DNA from: Candidatus Nomurabacteria bacterium RIFOXYD2_FULL_35_12 | Lineage (GTDB): Bacteria; Patescibacteriota; Minisyncoccia; Phycocordibacterales; UBA9973 | Direction: 5' to 3' | Length of the DNA: 35,039 nt | Assembly: GCA_001786365.1 (NCBI GenBank) | Contig: MFWK01000001.1 | Span: forward strand, 1 to 35,039 | The notes under the pieces: model-generated | The model's input: only the letters and a program-made list of their open reading frames with translations | Told to the model about the DNA's origin: nothing | Databases searched by the model: none | Made by a program: the position numbers and the translations under genes | Part shown: positions 33,012 to 35,039 of the stretch, in pieces | Layout of the letters: every line of letters begins with the position of its first letter | How positions within the stretch are numbered: the first letter of the stretch is position 1

Positions 33012-34877
33012 ATGGAAATTAGAAATATAGCTATTATAGCTCACGTGGACCATGGGAAGACTACCTTGACCGATGCTTTGATGAAGCAAAATGGTGGGCT
33101 TCAAGATGAGGGAGTCTCAATGGATTCAAATGCTTTGGAAAAAGAGCGTGGTATTACTATTTACTCAAAAAATACTTCCATAAATTACAAAGACACTAAA
33201 ATAAACATTGTAGATACGCCCGGACACGCGGATTTCGGCAGCGAGGTGGAACGTGTTTTGCGCGCAGTAGATTGCGTGCTTTTGCTCGTGGATGCAGTCG
33301 AAGGCCCAATGCCTCAAACCAGGTTCGTTTTAAAAAAGTCTTTGGAGTTAGGGCAAAAGCCAATTGTGGTTATAAATAAAATAGATAAACCTGCTTCTGA
33401 TCCACATAGAGTTCATGAAGAAATTTTGAACTTATTTTTTGAATTAGGAGCTTCTGAAGAGCAAGCGAATTTTGAAACTATTTATGCTATTGGACGACAA
33501 GGGGTAGCTTTTAAAAAATTAGGTGATGATTCAAAAGATTTGTCTCCTCTTTTAGATTTAATTTTAGAAAAAGTTCCAGACGCAAGTAAGTGTCAAGGAC
33601 TGTCCTTGACAAGTATGTCAAAGACCGTCTTTGACACTAAGAAAATGTCTGCGCAAGTTTTCAATCTTGGTTATGATAATTTTCTAGGCAGAATGGCAGT
33701 AGCTAGAATTTATTCCGGTACAATTTTTTCCGGAAGTAATATTTTTATAAAAGGAGAGAGGGAAATACGCAGTGGCAAAGTAACAAAACTTTTTACTTTT
33801 GAAGGAATAAACAGAAAAGAAGTGGAAAATGCGACTTCTGGAGACATAGTTCTCTTGGCTGGAATTCCAGACATATATATAGGTGAGACATTATGTGAAG
33901 ACGAGAGCGTAGAACCTTTGCCTCACATTGCTATTGATGAGCCGACTCTTTCTCTTAACTTTTTAGTAAATGATTCTCCATTTGCCGGCAAAGAAGGAAA
34001 GTTTGTTACGTCCAGACAAATCAAAGAAAGACTAGAAAAGGAGTTAGAGATAAACGTCGGACTAAAAGTTGATTTTACTCCGGATCAGGGTGATAAAAAG
34101 TCAGGTCCGAGTTTCTTTAAAGTTTATGGCCGTGGAGAACTGCACATAGCGATACTTTTGGAATATATGCGCCGAGAGGGATTTGAAATGCAAGTCTCTC
34201 AACCGGAAGTTATCATAAAAGAAAAAGATGGAGTGAGTACAGAGCCATATGAAGAGCTGGTTATTGATGTTCCTATGGAGTCTTCTGGTGGAGTTATAGA
34301 AAAGATAGGAAAAAGACGAGGAATAATGAAAGATATGATGGAAAAAGAGGGTATAGCTAGGATTACTTTTGACATACCGACTCGTGGACTTTTGGGTTAT
34401 CGTGGTGAATTTATTATAGATACAAAAGGCGAAGGCATTATGTCTTCTAGAGTCACAGGATTTAGAGAATATGCTGGAGAAATAAAAAGACGAGAGTATG
34501 GTGCGATGACTTCTATGATAAATGGCAAGGCAGTTGCCTTTGCGCTTGCAAATTTACAGGAACGTGGTATACTTTATGTAAGTCACGGTACTGAAGTTTA
34601 TGAAGGTATGGTGGTGGGTAATGTTTTGAAGGGTGATGATATGTCAGTGAACCCTACAAAAGGAAAACAGCTTACCAACATGCGTGCTTCTGGAACTGAT
34701 GAGGCCATAGTTTTAAATCCTGTATTTTCTTTGAATATTGAAAGAGGTTTGGAAGTGATGAATGAAGATGAGTATTTGGAAATCACTCCAAAATCAGTTA
34801 GACTTAGAAAGAAATATCTAACTGACCTTGATAGGAAAAAGCATTTCGCTGCACAAATTGATAAAGAAAAAAAATAA
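33012..34877 (+). CDS. typA: translational GTPase TypA/BipA
   Basis: [30 protein letters not shown]-like domains with the BipA-type C-terminus. Confidence 0.93.
   Translation: MEIRNIAIIAHVDHGKTTLTDALMKQNGGLQDEGVSMDSNALEKERGITIYSKNTSINYKDTKINIVDTPGHADFGSEVERVLRAVDCVLLLVDAVEGPMPQTRFVLKKSLELGQKPIVVINKIDKPASDPHRVHEEILNLFFELGASEEQANFETIYAIGRQGVAFKKLGDDSKDLSPLLDLILEKVPDASKCQGLSLTSMSKTVFDTKKMSAQVFNLGYDNFLGRMAVARIYSGTIFSGSNIFIKGEREIRSGKVTKLFTFEGINRKEVENATSGDIVLLAGIPDIYIGETLCEDESVEPLPHIAIDEPTLSLNFLVNDSPFAGKEGKFVTSRQIKERLEKELEINVGLKVDFTPDQGDKKSGPSFFKVYGRGELHIAILLEYMRREGFEMQVSQPEVIIKEKDGVSTEPYEELVIDVPMESSGGVIEKIGKRRGIMKDMMEKEGIARITFDIPTRGLLGYRGEFIIDTKGEGIMSSRVTGFREYAGEIKRREYGAMTSMINGKAVAFALANLQERGILYVSHGTEVYEGMVVGNVLKGDDMSVNPTKGKQLTNMRASGTDEAIVLNPVFSLNIERGLEVMNEDEYLEITPKSVRLRKKYLTDLDRKKHFAAQIDKEKK
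33591..33636 (+). repeat. tandem pair of perfect 10-bp-arm palindromes, family E, in-frame in typA
   Basis: TGTCAAGGAC-t-GTCCTTGACA, agta, TGTCAAAGAC-c-GTCTTTGACA. Translated (K)[16 protein letters not shown]. Confidence 0.75.
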
Positions 34878-34890
34878 AGTAAAAAAATTT

Positions 34891-35039
34891 ATGTCAACAA
34901 TATCATTCAAACCAAAAAAAGTAACAAAAAAGATAATTTCACAACTAGCTCCACGTACTTATGACGTGATTATGAATCGTTTTGGTTTGACTTCTGATGG
35001 AAAGAGAAAAACTCTAGAAGAAATCGGAAATAAATACAA
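34891..35039 (+). CDS. sigma-70 region-4-like HTH protein, 5' part only (runs off window)
   Basis: MSTISFKPKK...LAPRTYDVIMNRFGLTSDGKRKTLEEIGNKY resembles the sigma region 4.2 pattern (RFGL..g...TLeEiG). Confidence 0.45.
   Translation, partial: MSTISFKPKKVTKKIISQLAPRTYDVIMNRFGLTSDGKRKTLEEIGNKY

Overview
This is an AT-rich bacterial chromosomal segment, about one-third G+C by eye (not computed). Gene content and style fit a small-genome Patescibacteria/CPR-like organism; that placement is an inference. Housekeeping genes: secA, a compact murE-murD-(hydrolase)-murC block, rpsA, gyrA, rbfA-infB, a NifS-like cysteine desulfurase, clpB and typA/bipA. There are six tRNAs: Pro; a Cys-Leu-Lys-Leu cluster; Tyr. 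A solute-binding protein is followed by five tandem TrbC/VirB2-like two-TM pilin-like paralogs.

Three things stand out.

(1) A visibly G+C-rich mosaic island of about 3 kb (about 21.3-24.5 kb) abuts the tRNA cluster. It holds three separately promoted minus-strand units with near-consensus sigma70 promoters and structured leaders. They encode two unassignable polytopic membrane proteins and two secreted proteins sharing a GG[FY]VGNGG[FY]VVSGG motif.

(2) At least five families of short G+C-rich palindromic elements sit in-frame inside essential genes (secA x3, murE, murD, murC, rbfA, nifS-like, typA). This resembles Rickettsia palindromic elements.

(3) There are recurrent start-codon-adjacent cassettes: a tandem AAAGTT(T)AT block, a CCCGTTAGAA...TTCTAAACGGG-ATG closed leader, and many leaderless-type promoters.

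No CRISPR array, transposase, integrase or rRNA was seen. All calls come from reading the sequence and the ORF track. No searches were run.
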